Below are positions 22,368 to 35,874 of a stretch of 51,279 bases of DNA, one piece after another. Origin of the DNA: Phyllosticta citribraziliensis. Taxonomy: Eukaryota. Within the stretch, counting starts at the first letter, position 1. The number at the start of each line of letters is the position of its first letter. Under the pieces are notes generated by a model, which saw nothing but the letters and a program-made list of their open reading frames with translations, was not told the DNA's origin and did not search any database. Location: the NCBI RefSeq assembly GCF_038025025.1, contig NW_027117348.1:1612001-1663279 (forward strand). Direction: 5' to 3'. Position numbers and translations under genes: made by a program.

Positions 22368-24173
22368 TTCGATAGTGATAAGCGAGGCAACTGATTAGGC
22401 ACCCGGTCCGCCGCGGCCATGACAAGACCCCTAAAGACCCCTTTGCAACGCCCGTCATGAGAAGGAGAAAAAGTCATGACCTTGTGATTCTGCTTAGCGT
22501 CGAGAGGCTCGAGCAGTAGTGCATCTTCTGACCGTTGCAGCAGACGGCTGGAGGATGGCAAACGCCGCGTGCCCTTGGTCGGGCTTGGAGGATGCCGACA
22601 TCGGTGGAGCGTGCGCCTCGCAACCGGCCGAGAGCCTCTGGGTGTGGCGCAGTACTCCAACGTCCTCCATCGTCGAGCGAAGACCCCATGGCTTGGGCTA
22701 CGTGCCAACATGCGGCTCTCGGTAATCTTCATGCTGGAGATCCTGCAGCCGCCTCTGCAATCCCTTTGCCGCGGCTATTCTGACGACCAGCCATGACATT
22801 CTGCTCGAATCCTTTGTCATCCGCGGGACCATGCCGCTCCGCAATCAATCCAACGACCTGCGACATACCGTACACCGGCCAGTCATTTGAGAGAAGAGGA
22901 CGTTCTGGTCCCATCTGCCAGCCTCACCCTATGAAAGCAAGGGGTGTTGTTGTTGAAAGACTTTGCATATGCCCAGCGCCCACGCGATCCTCATGCGACC
23001 CCTCCTTGCTGTTCAGCCTCCCTGTCTGATATCGTCTTTTGGCATCGATTTCTTTGTACCCCCGATGGCGACTTTCTAAGGGCATTCCACCGCAGTCCAC
23101 GTCGATTGGGTCAGATGAACACTGGCGAAGATTCTGCCGAAGCAGCTGTTTTGATTTCGCTATGCGTAATTAACGAAGAGTTCCAAAATTTCCAGTCTAC
23201 TGGGGCCTATGCCTGTGGCAAATACCGTACGAAATCCCGACATGGATGATGGAGACTCGCAAAAGGTCATGGTTTGTCGCCAACTGAACGAGCTCCGTGT
23301 AAGTGGCGGCACTGGGAGGGTTGCCATCATGAGAACGCATCAAGGTTTTGGAAAGCTCGCCCGGCAGGAGCCATGTTCCCGCATGAGTTGTGAGCTGAAA
23401 GGTGGGTTCTCATGGAAATGTTGCACTTGGTTCTGCACAGGCTGGGTAAACTTCTGGGGTCAAGAAGCGTCCAGCCGCCAAACCAGAGGTCGTGAAAGGA
23501 CAGCAGGCCAGGCGATCACTACCCTTCCGTGTATCCAACTTCGGTAGCGAGTCTGGACTTCTTGGCCTGCATATCCCCTGACTGGACTTCCCATTCTTCT
23601 CGGACACTCTCTGGTCACCTCTATATCGCCATCGCCGAGCATTTCTTCTCCCACCGACAATGCAGCTTTGGTGTCTCAGCAAAACAACTTTGCTCACGAG
23701 GTCGCAAACTTGGACTGGGAACTCGATGTGCTAACTTTGCCCGCCACCCAGTGACAGCGCAGAATAGTAATGATCTCCTGAAGTTCAACGTGTACGAGAA
23801 CGCACCGAGGATCCAAACTGTCGTGGCTTGACCAAGCCTCAAAGATGGACTGTTCTTTACTTCCATTTCTCTGCTTTCCCACTACCGACGATGCTTTTGG
23901 AGATTTGTTTTGACGATTTCTTCTTCTGTAATTCATTCTTGTCGGTCTCTTGGCACCTCGACGAAGGGCTCGAAGCTATCTTTGGTACCGCCAAGGTGTT
24001 GCAATCACTGGCGAAGCATTCCACCCATCGACACACAATGTTGGCTGGGTTATAACTATGGCTTCGAACTCCGTTGCCTGGTCATCATCAGCAGTTGCTA
24101 GAGTGACTTCCCATTCTCACTCAGCAACGGTGGAAACGGCCCTCGCCCGGAACTTGTTCAAGGCAACGGCAAG

Positions 24174-27100
24174 ATGCTGTTCCACTCCCTCTTTGCGGCT
24201 GTTTGTGTCGCCGTACCCGTCGCCCAAGCCGGCCTGTTGCCCAAGCAATTCGTGGCTGGTCGACATGAAGCCGAGTCAGCAGGCAAAGCCGACTCGCCAG
24301 AATCTCAAATCGACCAGGCGCTCAGCGTAAGTGCAGCCAATTAGCTTCTCCGTACCATACTGACGACATGAACAGCTGTTCGACACTGTTTGTGAATCTT
24401 CTACAAACGAATCTTGCGTTCAAGACTTGTAAGATGTTCGAAATGGGAACGGGAGTCTTGAGACTGACAGCAAGATTAGCGCATACGGCTTCCAGTGCGT
24501 GAAGACTGAGGCTTGTGGCATCAAGGCCACCGCCTTGGAAAACTGCCTGGAATCCGAGGATGCCGACTGTGACGATGCCCAGTCTGCATACGACTTTTGC
24601 CACACCTCCACGTAGGTGTCACAAAAAGCCATTTCCAGCGAAAAGTTCCTAACAGTTGACAGATTGAACGTCTTCCGGTCCTGTCTTTCCGACCTCGATG
24701 ATGCCTCCGATGCCTCCGCGGCGACGAGCTGCGCTGCTGGTCTTCTCGATGTCTCTGGCTGCGGCGACGTCGACACCGTTGAGCTCAAGAAACGACAAGG
24801 ACTTAGCGTCGGGCAGCTAACGGTCCCTCTTGGTCCGCAGAGCACTACGAGATCTCCAGTCCTCCAAGCGACTGCTTCGGTCGGCGTGTCTGTTGGCATC
24901 GGTGCCAGTATTTCCGTCGCGTCGTTCACGCCTTCATCGCTGTCATTCCCCTCCGGCTCTTCGTTCAACCTGATTCCATCGTCGAGCGCACCGGCTCAAG
25001 GTTCGTCAGCGGGAGGCTCCAACTCGGCGCCCGCGAGCGGTTCTGGAGCCGCGTCGGCATCCGGGACCCGGGCAGCATCAGGGTCACAAGGAACCTCCGC
25101 TCCTGCGGTCTCTTCCCTTGGGCTTCCAGGGCTTTCGGTACCAGCGCTGACATTGCCATCATCGCTGCCAAGTGCATCACTACCTTCGATAGCAGTCTCA
25201 CTGCCGTCATCGCTGCCAAGTGCATCGCTGCCTTCGGTGGCCCTCTCACTGCCATCTTCAGCGCCCAGTCTCTCTATCCCGAGTTTGGCTGTGTCCATAC
25301 CGAGCCTCTCTGCCCCAAGCGTCTCGGCTCCTTCTTTGGGGAGTATCACTTTGCCGTCTCTTTCGGTGCCGTCTCTCTCGGTTCCATCTCTCTCGGTCCC
25401 TAGCTTGGAAGTTCCTAGTTTGTCTGCCCCGAGTTTGTCGATTCCAAGCCTCTCGGCCCCGTCTATCTCGGTGCCATCTCTCTCGGCGCCATCTCTCACG
25501 GTGCCATCTCTCTCGGTGCCGTCTCTCTCGGTGCCGTCTCTCTCGATACCATCTCTCTCGATACCCAGCTTGGAGGTTCCTACTTTGTCTGCCCCAAGCT
25601 TGTCGATTCCAAGCATCACGGTTCCGTCTCTCTCGGCGCCGTCTCTGTCTATTCCATCTCTCTCGGTCCCCAGCTTGGAAATCCCTAGCTTGTCTGCCCC
25701 GAGTTTGTCGATTCCCAGCATCACGGTGCCATCTCTATCGGTCCCCAGCTTGGAAATTCCCAGCTTGTCTGCTCCAAGCTTGTCGATTCCTAGTCTCTCG
25801 GTGCCTTCTCTCTCAATCCCTAGTTTGGAGGTGCCCAGTGTCTCGGCTCCGTCTATCTCGGCCCCCAGTTTGGAAGTACCCAGTTTGACACTCCCAAGCT
25901 TGACGATTCCTAGCATCTCGGCACCTTCTCTCTCGATTCCTAGTTTGGAGGTTCCCAGTATCTCGGCTCCGTCTATCTCGGTCCCGAGTTTGGAGGTCCC
26001 CAGTCTGACCCTCCCAAGCTTGACAGTCCCCAGCTTGTCAATTCCTAGCATCTCGGCACCTTCTCTCTCGGTGCCTAGCCTAGAGGTCCCCAGTCTGACC
26101 CTCCCAAGCTTGACAGTCCCCAGCTTGTCAATTCCTAGCATCTCGGCACCTTCTCTCTCGGTGCCTAGCCTGGAGGTCCCTAGTTTGACACTCCCAAGCT
26201 TGACAGTGCCCAGCTTGTCGATTCCTAGCCTCTCGGTCCCGACCTTGGAAATCCCCAGCATATCGGCACCAAGTTTGTCGATTCCCAGCTTGGAGGTCCC
26301 CAGCCTCTCAGTCCCATCGATTGTACCGAGTATCTCTGTCCCTGGCATCAGCCTGCCTTCAGGGGGCGTGTCGGCACCTTCAAATGGACTCCCCACTGGA
26401 CTTCCCCTGCCATCCGGATTTCCCCTGCCGTCGCTTCCTCTGCCGTCGCTTTCCTTGCCGTCGGTAGGGCTTCCGACGAGCGGGCTTCCTCTTCCATCTG
26501 GGCTTCCATCATTGTCAATTCCCGGCGTGTCTGTCTCGCTTACTGTTCCACTGCTCCCGTCGTCGACTTCTCCACCGTACTCATGCCCTTCTGACAACAA
26601 CCGGCTCATTGACGTTGGCGGTCTCCAGTTCCAAATCAAGTGTGGCATAAGGATCGCGCTCAACCTCGCTCTGCCAAATCTCTTCAGCAGCGAAAACAAC
26701 ATTGGACTCTGCTTGAACACCTGCGTTCTCCTGGGATTCCCCGGTGCAAATATCAACCTGAATCTCAGTCCTATTGGCAACTGCCAGTGTTACACCCAGA
26801 CCAACTCGACGATCGATGACCCCGCGAGCATTGCTGCGATCTTGGCTCCTGGCCAAAACCCGCTCTCGCTCTCGCTTGACCTTGGTCTTCCCACTGGGCT
26901 GCCCACTGGTAGCGATGGCGCTGCGTCTTCGGGCGGTTTTCCCGGATTCCCATCTCTTTCCTTACCAACCGACTTGGGCCTTACATTCCCGTCGCTGAGT
27001 ATCCCCACTGATGTGCCATCGCTCAGCTTGAGTCTGCCATCGCTCAGCATTCCCACGGATTTTCCATCACTCAGCTTGAGCCTGCCGTCGCTCAGCATCC

Positions 27101-30100
27101 CCACTGATTTGCCGTCGCTCAGTCTCAGCCTGCCGTCGCTCAGCATCCCCACGGATTTTCCATCACTCATCTTGAGCCTACCGTCACTCAGCATCCCCAC
27201 TGATTTGCCGTCACTCAGTATCCCCACTGATTTGCCGTCGCTCAGTCTCAGCCTGCCGTCGCTGAGCATACCTACCGACGTGCCCTCTTTGAGCCTGCCG
27301 TCACTCAGTCTTAGCCTGCCATCACTGAGCATACCCACGGATGTGCCCTCTTTGAGCTTGCCGTCGCTTAGCATTCCCACGTCACTGGGCTTGAGCTTGC
27401 CAACAGATTTGGGCTTGACGCTGCCGTCGCTGAGCATCCCCACCGATGTGCCGTCGCTTGGTCTCACTCTGCCTTCGCTCAGTGTTCCCACGGACTTGAG
27501 TGTTAGCATCCCGAGTCTCAGCATTCCGACAGACTTGAGCTTGAGCATCCCGAGTCTCAGCCTCCCTACGGACTTGAGCATCAGCATCCCGAGTCTCAGC
27601 CTCCCTACTGATTTGAGCATCAGCATCCCGAGCTTGAGCATCCCAAGTCTGAGTATCCCGAGCCTTAGCGTCCCCACAGACCTAAGTATTAGCATCCCCA
27701 GCTTGAGTATCCCGAGTCTCAGCGTCCCAAGTCTCAGTCTTCCCACGGATCTCAGCATCAGCATCCCGAGTCTGACTCTACCCACGGATCTCAGCATTAG
27801 CATCCCAAGCCTAAGCATTCCGAGTCTCAGTGTTCCCACGGACCTCGGTATCAGCGTCCCGACTGATTTGGGCTTGACGTTGCCTTCTCTCAGCGTTCCC
27901 ACTGATTTGCCATCACTCAGCCTGAGCCTGCCATCTCTCAGCATCCCGACTGACCTCGGCGTGAGCCTGCCGTCGCTGACTCTTCCAACTGACCTTGGAT
28001 TGACGTTGCCTTCGGCCAGCGGCGTGCCCACTGCACCACCTTCGCTTGGCCTGACTCTGCCGTCGCTCAGTGTCCCTACTGATCTCGGGCTGTCCTTCCC
28101 ATCTCTCAGTATTCCCACGGACTTGGGTTTGACCTTCCCCTCGCTTTCGCTGTCGATCCCCACGGAGACACCGTCGCTCGGGCTCAGCTTTCCATCTCTG
28201 AGCGTCCCCACTGACTTGGGCGTGACGCTTCCCTCGCTCTCCCTGAGTGTTCCCACCGACTTGGGTGTGACGCTTCCCTCGCTCTCGTTGAGCATGCCCA
28301 CGGATTTGGGTGTCACCCTGCCATCTCTCAGTGTTCCCACTGATTTGGGTGTAACGGTTCCCTCGCTCTCACTGAGTGTTCCCACGGATTTGGGCTTGAC
28401 GTTGCCGTCTCTCAGCATTCCCACCGACTTGGGTGTGACGCTTCCCTCGCTTTCGCTGAGCATCCCCACGGATCTTGGCTTGACGCTGCCTTCCCTGAGT
28501 GTCCCCACAGACCTTGGACTCACGCTGCCGTCGCTTAGCGTTCCAACCGATTTGGGCCTTACCCTGCCATCACTCTCCCTGCCCACAGACCTTGGCATCA
28601 CGGTGCCATCGCTGAGCCTCCCCACAGATTTGGGTCTTACGCTGCCCTCTCTCAGTGTTCCCACTGACTTGAGCCTGTCGTTTCCCTCTCTCAGCATCCC
28701 GACTGATCTTGGCCTGACCCTGCCCTCGTTAAGTTTTCCAACAGACTTCCCGTCGCTGAGCCTGCCCACGGATCTCGGCCTTACGCTGCCGTCAATCAGC
28801 TTGCCCACAAATTTCCCTTCGCTCAGCCTGCCCACGGATCTTGGCCTTACATTGCCGACGGACCTGGGACTTACTCTGCCATCAATCAGCCTGCCCACGG
28901 ATTTCCCCTCGCTCAGCATCCCTACTGACCTTGGCCTTACTCTGCCCTCAGACCTGGGCCTGACTCTGCCTTCGCTCAGCTTGCCAACAGATTTGGGACT
29001 TACTCTTCCCTCGCTGAGTCTCCCTACAGACCTTGGTCTCACGCTCCCAACAGATCTTGGCTTGACGCTGCCAACGAACTTGCCTTCGCTCAGCCTGCCT
29101 ACAGATTTGGGTTTGACGCTTCCCTCGCTCAGTCTTCCAACGGACTTGGGCCTGACGCTGCCAACGGACCTTGGATTGACTCTCCCCTCTCTCAGTCTTC
29201 TCACCGACCTCGGCTTGACGCTTCCCACGAACTTGCCCTCGTTGAGCCTGCCTACAGACTTGGGTCTCACTCTTCCCTCGCTCAGTCTCCCGACAGACTT
29301 GGGCTTGACCCTGCCATCGCTCAGTCTGCCAACTGATTTGGGACTCACCTTGCCATCTCTCAGTCTTCCCACAGACCTTGGATTGACATTGCCCACAAAC
29401 TTGCCCTCGCTGAGCTTGCCATCGCTGAGCCTGCCGTCACTGAGCTTGCCCACCGACTTGGGACTCACGTTGCCGTCTCTCAGCCTCCCAACAGATCTCG
29501 GCTTGACATTGCCCACAAACCTGCCGTCGCTGAGCCTGCCCTCGTTGAGCCTGCCCTCGTTGAGCCTGCCTACTGATTTGGGGCTCACCTTGCCTTCTCT
29601 TAGCCTGCCGACAGATCTCGGCTTGACGCTGCCAACAAACTTGCCGTCGCTGAGCCTGCCGTCGCTGAGTCTTCCCACGGACCTTGGCCTGACGCTCCCA
29701 ACCAATTTGCCGTCGCTGAGTCTTCCGTCACTGAGCCTGCCCACGGATCTGGGACTTACCCTGCCTTCCCTCAGTCTCCCTACGGATCTTGGCTTGACAC
29801 TGCCTACGAATCTGCCTTCTCTCAGTCTTCCAACAGACCTGTGGTTGACACTGCCGACCAACTTGCCTTCGCTGAGCTTCCCCACGGACCTTGGTCTGAC
29901 GCTGCCAACAAATTTGCCCTCCCTGAGCCTGCCCTCGCTGAGCATACCCACTGACCTGGGGCTTACATTGCCGTCTCTCAGTCTTCCCACGGATCTTGGC
30001 TTGACGCTGCCAACTGACTTGGGGCTCACACTTCCGTCCATCAGCATCCCCACTGATTTGGGCCTTACCCTGCCCTCACTCAGCCTGCCAACTGATCTCG

Positions 30101-32523
30101 GCCTTACACTGCCCACGGACCTGGGACTCACGCTGCCCTCGCTGGTTCTTCCCACGGGAAATCCGACTATTACACCTGCGCCGAATGGTCGTCCGCTGTT
30201 GACAACGGCAGGATACTTGCCTGGTAGTACCACGTTCATTTTCTTCGCGCAACTCCCGCTCGGCATCGCTCTCAAGAAAAGGCAAATTCCAATTGTTGAC
30301 CCAGTCCTCAGTCTCGTCGACAACTTGGTCGATGATCTTCTGGATGGCATTCTCCCCCTGATCCTCACGCCCACGAGACTGTTTGGTCCTTTCCCCACCA
30401 ACATTCAGACCATCACGCAGCCCTTCCCTGGAACCACGACTACAACTTTCACGGTCGTGCCTACGGACACGAACCCTCCGTTTGTCGTCATTGGAACCCC
30501 GACTGTCACCGTCACCAGCATCATCACGACTACGGAGGCTGGCAATCCCGGTGCATCTTCTGGTCTCGGATTGCCATCCGGCCTACCTCTTCCGTCGATC
30601 ACGCCAGGCATTTCGTTGCCCACTGGCCTCCCAGGGCTGACTTCAGAATTGGGCTCGATCCTACCAAGTGGAGTGCTATCTGAGACAACGCCCCTCTTGA
30701 GTGGTTTGCCCTCTTTGAGTGGAGTACTTCCATCAGGAGGAGCATCCTCCGGCGGCTTGTTGCCCCCCATTAGTCTCCCAAGCTCAGGAGTGGTATCACC
30801 GCCACTTTCAAGCCCAGGCGGCCCTCTGATTTCCCTCCCAAGTCTTTCGCAGATTCTGTCAATTCCGACCACGCCAATTCTGTCTCTGCCAACAACGCCC
30901 ATCATCTCGTTGCCGGACCTGTCAGGCATCATCTCGCTCCCAACGACCCCCATCTTGTCGATTCCCACAACACCCATTCTCTCGGTCGATCTCTCTGGAA
31001 TAATCTCTCTTCCCACAACCCCAATCATATCTCTCCCGACAACGCCCATCATATCTCTTCCAGACCTTTCGGGCATCATCTCCATCCCCACGACTCCAAT
31101 AATCTCTCTCCCAACAACTCCGATCATCTCCCTGGGTCCCTCAGGCATCTCCTTGCCTACGACGCCCATCATCTCCCTCCCAACGACTCCAATCATCTCC
31201 ATCTCTCTCCCGGGTCTCACTGATCTCCTACCAACAACGCCCATCATTTCGCTTCCAACCACCCCAATTATTTCTCTCGACCTGTCGGGCATAATCTCTC
31301 TCCCAACCACACCCATCATCTCGCTCCCGACGACCCCGATCATCTCTTTGCCAGATCTCTCCGGCATACTTTCGCTTCCAACCACTCCTATTATCTCTCT
31401 TCCGACGACTCCGATTATTTCTTTGCCGGACCTGTCTGGTATACTTTCGCTTCCAACGACTCCCATTATTTCGCTCCCGACCACCCCAATAATCTCCTTG
31501 CCAGACCTGTCTGGTATTCTTTCACTTCCAACGACGCCCATCATTTCACTCCCTATCACGCTGCCAACGCTTTTGCTCCCGAGCATTTCTCTGCCAATCT
31601 CGCTCCCCAGCATCTCCCTGCCGATTTCTCTCCCGAGCATCTCTCTTCCAAGCATATCCGCAGGAGTCTCTATTGGCCTGTCGATCGGCCCTGGCGGCGA
31701 GAACCCAACAACCACGACGGGCACAAACACTGCATCCTTCTCGTTCTCTGGATCTGGATCCGGATCTGTTTCGACGTTTGCTACGCAAACCGCACCGTCT
31801 TCTTTCTTGACTCTTCCGTCTGGAGCATCGACTGCTTCGAGCGGAGCGTCTGTGTTCCCTGGCGCAAGCACATCAATCTCAGGCACCGGTCCTGCGCCGT
31901 CCTCGGATAGTCTTGCGCCTTCTGGTTCCACCACTTCCAGCGGAACGGTGCCTGGCGCATCTTCATCTGGAAGCGTGGTGCCTTCAGGCGCGAGCACATC
32001 TCCCTCAAGTGGACTGCCCTCAGGATCTACTGGTCCGCCTTTGACATTCTCCCCCACCTCGACGCTCTTCCCGAGCTCCCTGTTCAGCAGCCAACCAACC
32101 ACGCTGCTCACCCTGCCCTCGAATTCCGCTTCTGTGAGTGGTAGCGCGTCCATCTCTGGAGGTGTGTCTTCGCTGCCTTCCGGAACGACACCTGTCGTGA
32201 GCTCCCCTAGCTTGAGCATACCATCGGGTGTGTCTACTCTGCCCTCCGGGACACCCGGTTCATCAGGCGTGAGCTCGCCGACCCTGACCATTCCAACGGG
32301 CGTTTCTTCCCTCCCCTCTGGTGGCCCATCCAACACGATTTCGTCGTTGCCCTCTTTGACGTTGACCACGATCACCTCGTCGGGCTCTCTCACGACCATG
32401 TTCGTGCCTTCGTCGACGGGCCCGGCGCCGTCTTCGTGCACGCCTGGCTGGAAGCACATCGAGGGCTATGTCTGGGTCCAGCCCGGCCAAGCCGCCCAAG
32501 CCGCCCAAGCTGGCCGGAGATGA
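24174..32523 (+). CDS. Very large (~2,732 aa) secreted Ser/Pro/Leu/Thr-repeat protein with a Cys-rich N-domain and a PAN/apple-like domain; introns 24327-24375, 24429-24479, 24612-24662
   Basis: Signal peptide MLFHSLFAAVCVAVPVAQA. Three GT-AG introns with branch sites splice in frame into the 7.9-kb ORF (exon total 8199 nt). Two LKKR|Q sites. Confidence 0.85.
25150..31650 (+). repeat. Intragenic degenerate minisatellite arrays encoding PSLS(V/I/A), PTDLGLTLPSLSL and LPTTPIIS/LPDLSGIIS units
   Basis: Visible in the translation; near-exact 90-bp tandem copy at 25993-26082 / 26083-26172. Confidence 0.9.
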
Positions 32524-33363
32524 TGAAATGTCTGTCAAATTCAACTGTGGATGTTCACACTTCAAGGCGCGATTTGTTTGAGAGCCTAGACTGGGTTGGC
32601 GTTTTGAAAGGTCGATTGTCTAATTTGTTCAAGTGTTTTCTTTGTTGACTCGTCGGATGCATGCCAGAATGATGACAAGCGAGCGGGCTGCTTTTGGGTT
32701 GACGGCTGTACTTCTTGCTCTTGTTTCCTCCTTGTCTTTTTCTTGCTCCAATGTTTGTGGACCTGTCTTGATGCGGACGTTGCTAATTTGTTGAAGGCAT
32801 CAAAAGTCAGAACCACTTGATGTGGGCTACGGAGTTGTCTCGCGCCTTGTCGATTTCTTTTGTCGAGTCCTTTCTCTCATAGATTTGATCAATTTACCAG
32901 TTTCAAAAACATGCATGTCCCTCAGATTGTGCTCTGGCTATCTCAAGTTTCACGATTTCTGCTCGCAAAATATTGTCTGCCAGTCGCGGCTTCTGTCGTA
33001 AGGCGACATTCGAAAGTGGCGGTCAAGTTGCCCCCAAACACCTCAGATTTCAACAAGAGGCAATGAAGGCTGCCGCCTTTCAATTTCCTGCGACTTGGAC
33101 ACTTCCCACAGCCGGATTACACAAGCTGCCGGAGCAAATGAAATGGTGGGAGCTACGGACGTCATTGCTCCAAAGCCGTCAAGCGGAAGGCTCGAGCGGT
33201 GTCTCACGCTCTTTCCTTGCCTAGAGAAGCTCGACGTCTTCGACAACCACAATCTACCCCTAACCTCTTCAACACCGTCCACACGCTCATAAATTACCTT
33301 ACTCGCTTCAACATCATCAACGCACTCAAAATCTCACTCGCAACACGATCCAACGTTATCAGC

Positions 33364-34701
33364 ATGTCGGCTGATCCAACGCCATTCTTTCCATTGTTGC
33401 GCCTTCCCACCGAACTCACAGAAAAGATACTCGAGAGAGTGGATGATACGCAGACGCTCCGGAACGTTGCTCTCACTTGTTCCCATCTCAACGGTATCGT
33501 TGAGAGGTACCTCTATCGGAAAATCAGCATTACAGATATTCGGGGTCACCTGAGTTTCCTTTGTGCACTCGAGAAAAAGCCCAAACGAGCGAAACGAGTC
33601 CAAGATATTTGGATCCGTCGTCGCAGCCTACGCAATGCCTACCCTGGACCCGGCAATCTCTGCTCTGAAGAACCTATCTCTCATTTGCAGGTGTTACGGA
33701 CCATGCCAAAACTGAAACGCCTGTACGTCAAGTCCTTCAGGATGTTCCCATCGGAGATACAAAGCATCTTTAACTGCGCTGCCCGAGGGGAAATCCTCTG
33801 CTCTCTCGAAGTTTGTACGTTGCGTCAGATCTACCCGAAGAGATTGTGTGCTGACCCAATCGAATAAACAGGTGAACTCGAACTCGATACAGCGGAGCCG
33901 GAATGCGTAATCGTAATAGACAGGGCGGAAAGAGGGGGGTTAAATGGCTGGATAGCGGCCGCCCGTTACTTTACCCCTGTTTTCCGACACCCAAATCTGA
34001 AGCACCTCATACTCAACAACGTCAGCGGAACTCTAGACCGAAGAGCTGCAGCACAACCACCCACCCCACTGGAGAGACTCGAGATTTTGGATTCTGAATT
34101 GAGCAATCGGGGCATCACAGATGCCTTGACCCACTGTCCCTTGCTCAAGGAACTCACTATCTGCCCGTCCTTGCTCTCCGGGTATCCTTTACTCGGTGCG
34201 GCTGATTACGGGGCTGAAGCATTCGCCGCTGTGAGGAACTCCCTAACAAAACTAGTCATGTGCTCGGGAGCACGTGGAAGGGCAGCCACGCCACTGGAGC
34301 TGCATACTATGGCCGCACTTCGCTATTTAGCTGTCGAGAACAAGTGCCTATTCGGATACATATTATCAGAACACGAGCTTTTGAAGACCATCACTGTCGA
34401 GCAGCTGGAGGCAATCTTCCCACCACAACTAGAAATATGGGAGGTGGATTGCACAGCGGACGTGATGGACACGATTTCCCACGCTCTGGTCCACAGGGAG
34501 GCCGTCTTCTCGAAGCTTCGACAGATTGTGCTTTGCGAGCACACGAGGGACGACATGGACCCAGAAGACGAGGAAAGGTTTGCTTTAGCTGGCATTTCAT
34601 TGAAGTTCGGCTGTTCGGCACACTCGAAGGACCGTCATGGCTGTAGTGCTTGTAATATGTCCATTGGAGATGTTCGCTTTCGAATATCGCACAGTGTCTG
34701 A
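33364..34701 (+). CDS. F-box domain protein with probable LRR-like C-terminus; intron ~33815-33871
   Basis: N-terminal LLRLPTELTEKILERV..LRNVALTCSHLN..VERYLY F-box pattern; LxxLxI repeats (LKRLYV, LKHLIL, LERLEI, LKELTI). Confidence 0.78.
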
Positions 34702-35010
34702 ATCTGGCTTCGTTCAGTCTGAGTCGTTGCAACTGGGCACAGGACTCCAGCGAATTGAGAACCAGAAAAGAAGGAATTGGAACTCGAAGAAAGGACAATT
34801 CTGCAGGAACCAACGGCTGATTGATCTCGTCTCGACGGCTCAAGCGATGAAAACTGGAAAAGACAGCGCAGAGGTTGAGATTACAGGACCAAGAGGGGCA
34901 GGAAAATTCATATCAACGGTGCAGACAGTACCATCTTCCGAGCAACAGTGCAAGGCTATGCATGTGTCGCTTGTGATGCGAGTGTTGACGAGGAGACATC
35001 CCGAAATACC

Positions 35011-35487
35011 TCAGAAGCCAACACCGAGAATGAATGAGACCCTCAGCAAAAATCCAAACCACGTCGTAAACTGGTTGCCCCAATCCTCCCACCGCGTCCA
35101 CATCCTCGGATCCCACAACGCGGACGGTTGGCCGGAGGCATCGGCGACAAGCTTCAAAGACCACAAATGACCCATGTCGCACAGCAAGATTCCAGCGACC
35201 ACCAGGCGCCAGATGTCGCGGCGCTCGGATCCGACGTACCGCAAGACAACAAACTCGATGAAGGCGAAGTAGACGTAGAGAGAGGCCACTTCCCACATGA
35301 GAAGCTTTTCGATTGGCGTTTGTTGCAGCGTCTGCGGATGCAAAGGCGGAGGCGTGATGATTTGCAGCGCATCTGTCGGCGTGAAGATGTACAGGTAGGC
35401 CCCGATGACCGCGAAGACGGGTTCCAGCCAGAGCATGTAGACGCGGTAGACGAGCGGTACTGACGCTGCTTGTTTTTCCGGCGCCAT
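35011..35487 (-). CDS. Small fungal multi-pass membrane protein of unknown function
   Basis: 158-aa ORF from ATG 35487 with about 4 hydrophobic segments (YMLWLEPVFAVIGAY..., VAGILLCDMGHL). Confidence 0.75.
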   Translation of the reverse strand: MAPEKQAASVPLVYRVYMLWLEPVFAVIGAYLYIFTPTDALQIITPPPLHPQTLQQTPIEKLLMWEVASLYVYFAFIEFVVLRYVGSERRDIWRLVVAGILLCDMGHLWSLKLVADASGQPSALWDPRMWTRWEDWGNQFTTWFGFLLRVSFILGVGF

Positions 35488-35874
35488 TTTGGTCGACTGG
35501 TCGTGTTCAACGCAGTGGCGGAAGAGCTTTGGCATGTGTTCGAGCTTAAGAATCGTCGATGCTGGAGTTGTTGTTGGAAGTGTGTTGTGTTGTAGTTGAG
35601 GGAGCCCCGCGGAACACGCCGGAGGAGAGGTTGGCCACGTAAATACTACATGCGGCTTCCCTGTCGACTCAGCCAAGCTCGCTCGCTACAGCTGAGTCGA
35701 TGATCCGCTTACTCTGCTGGAACATCTCAGCTCGTGGAGTGGTACAAGTGGCGGAACGATGTCGCAACAAAAGCTTCTCGGTCCATTCTTCAGCTATTCG
35801 CCCACTCCTCGTATCCGATGCCTCGACCCTACCATCTTGGAGCAAGTCAAGAATGTGCCGACGACATGGATCAC

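Noticed and set aside
24996..32459. Long antisense ORFs (594, 1204 and 684 aa)
   Set aside because: Shadows of the repetitive + strand gene; no start context or independent features.
24616..32523. Repeat arrays as a CRISPR or transposon
   Set aside because: Eukaryotic context; repeats are in-frame coding units with no spacers, TIRs or LTRs.
33258..33265. CCCTAACC telomere-like octamer
   Set aside because: Isolated short match upstream of the F-box gene; expected by chance.
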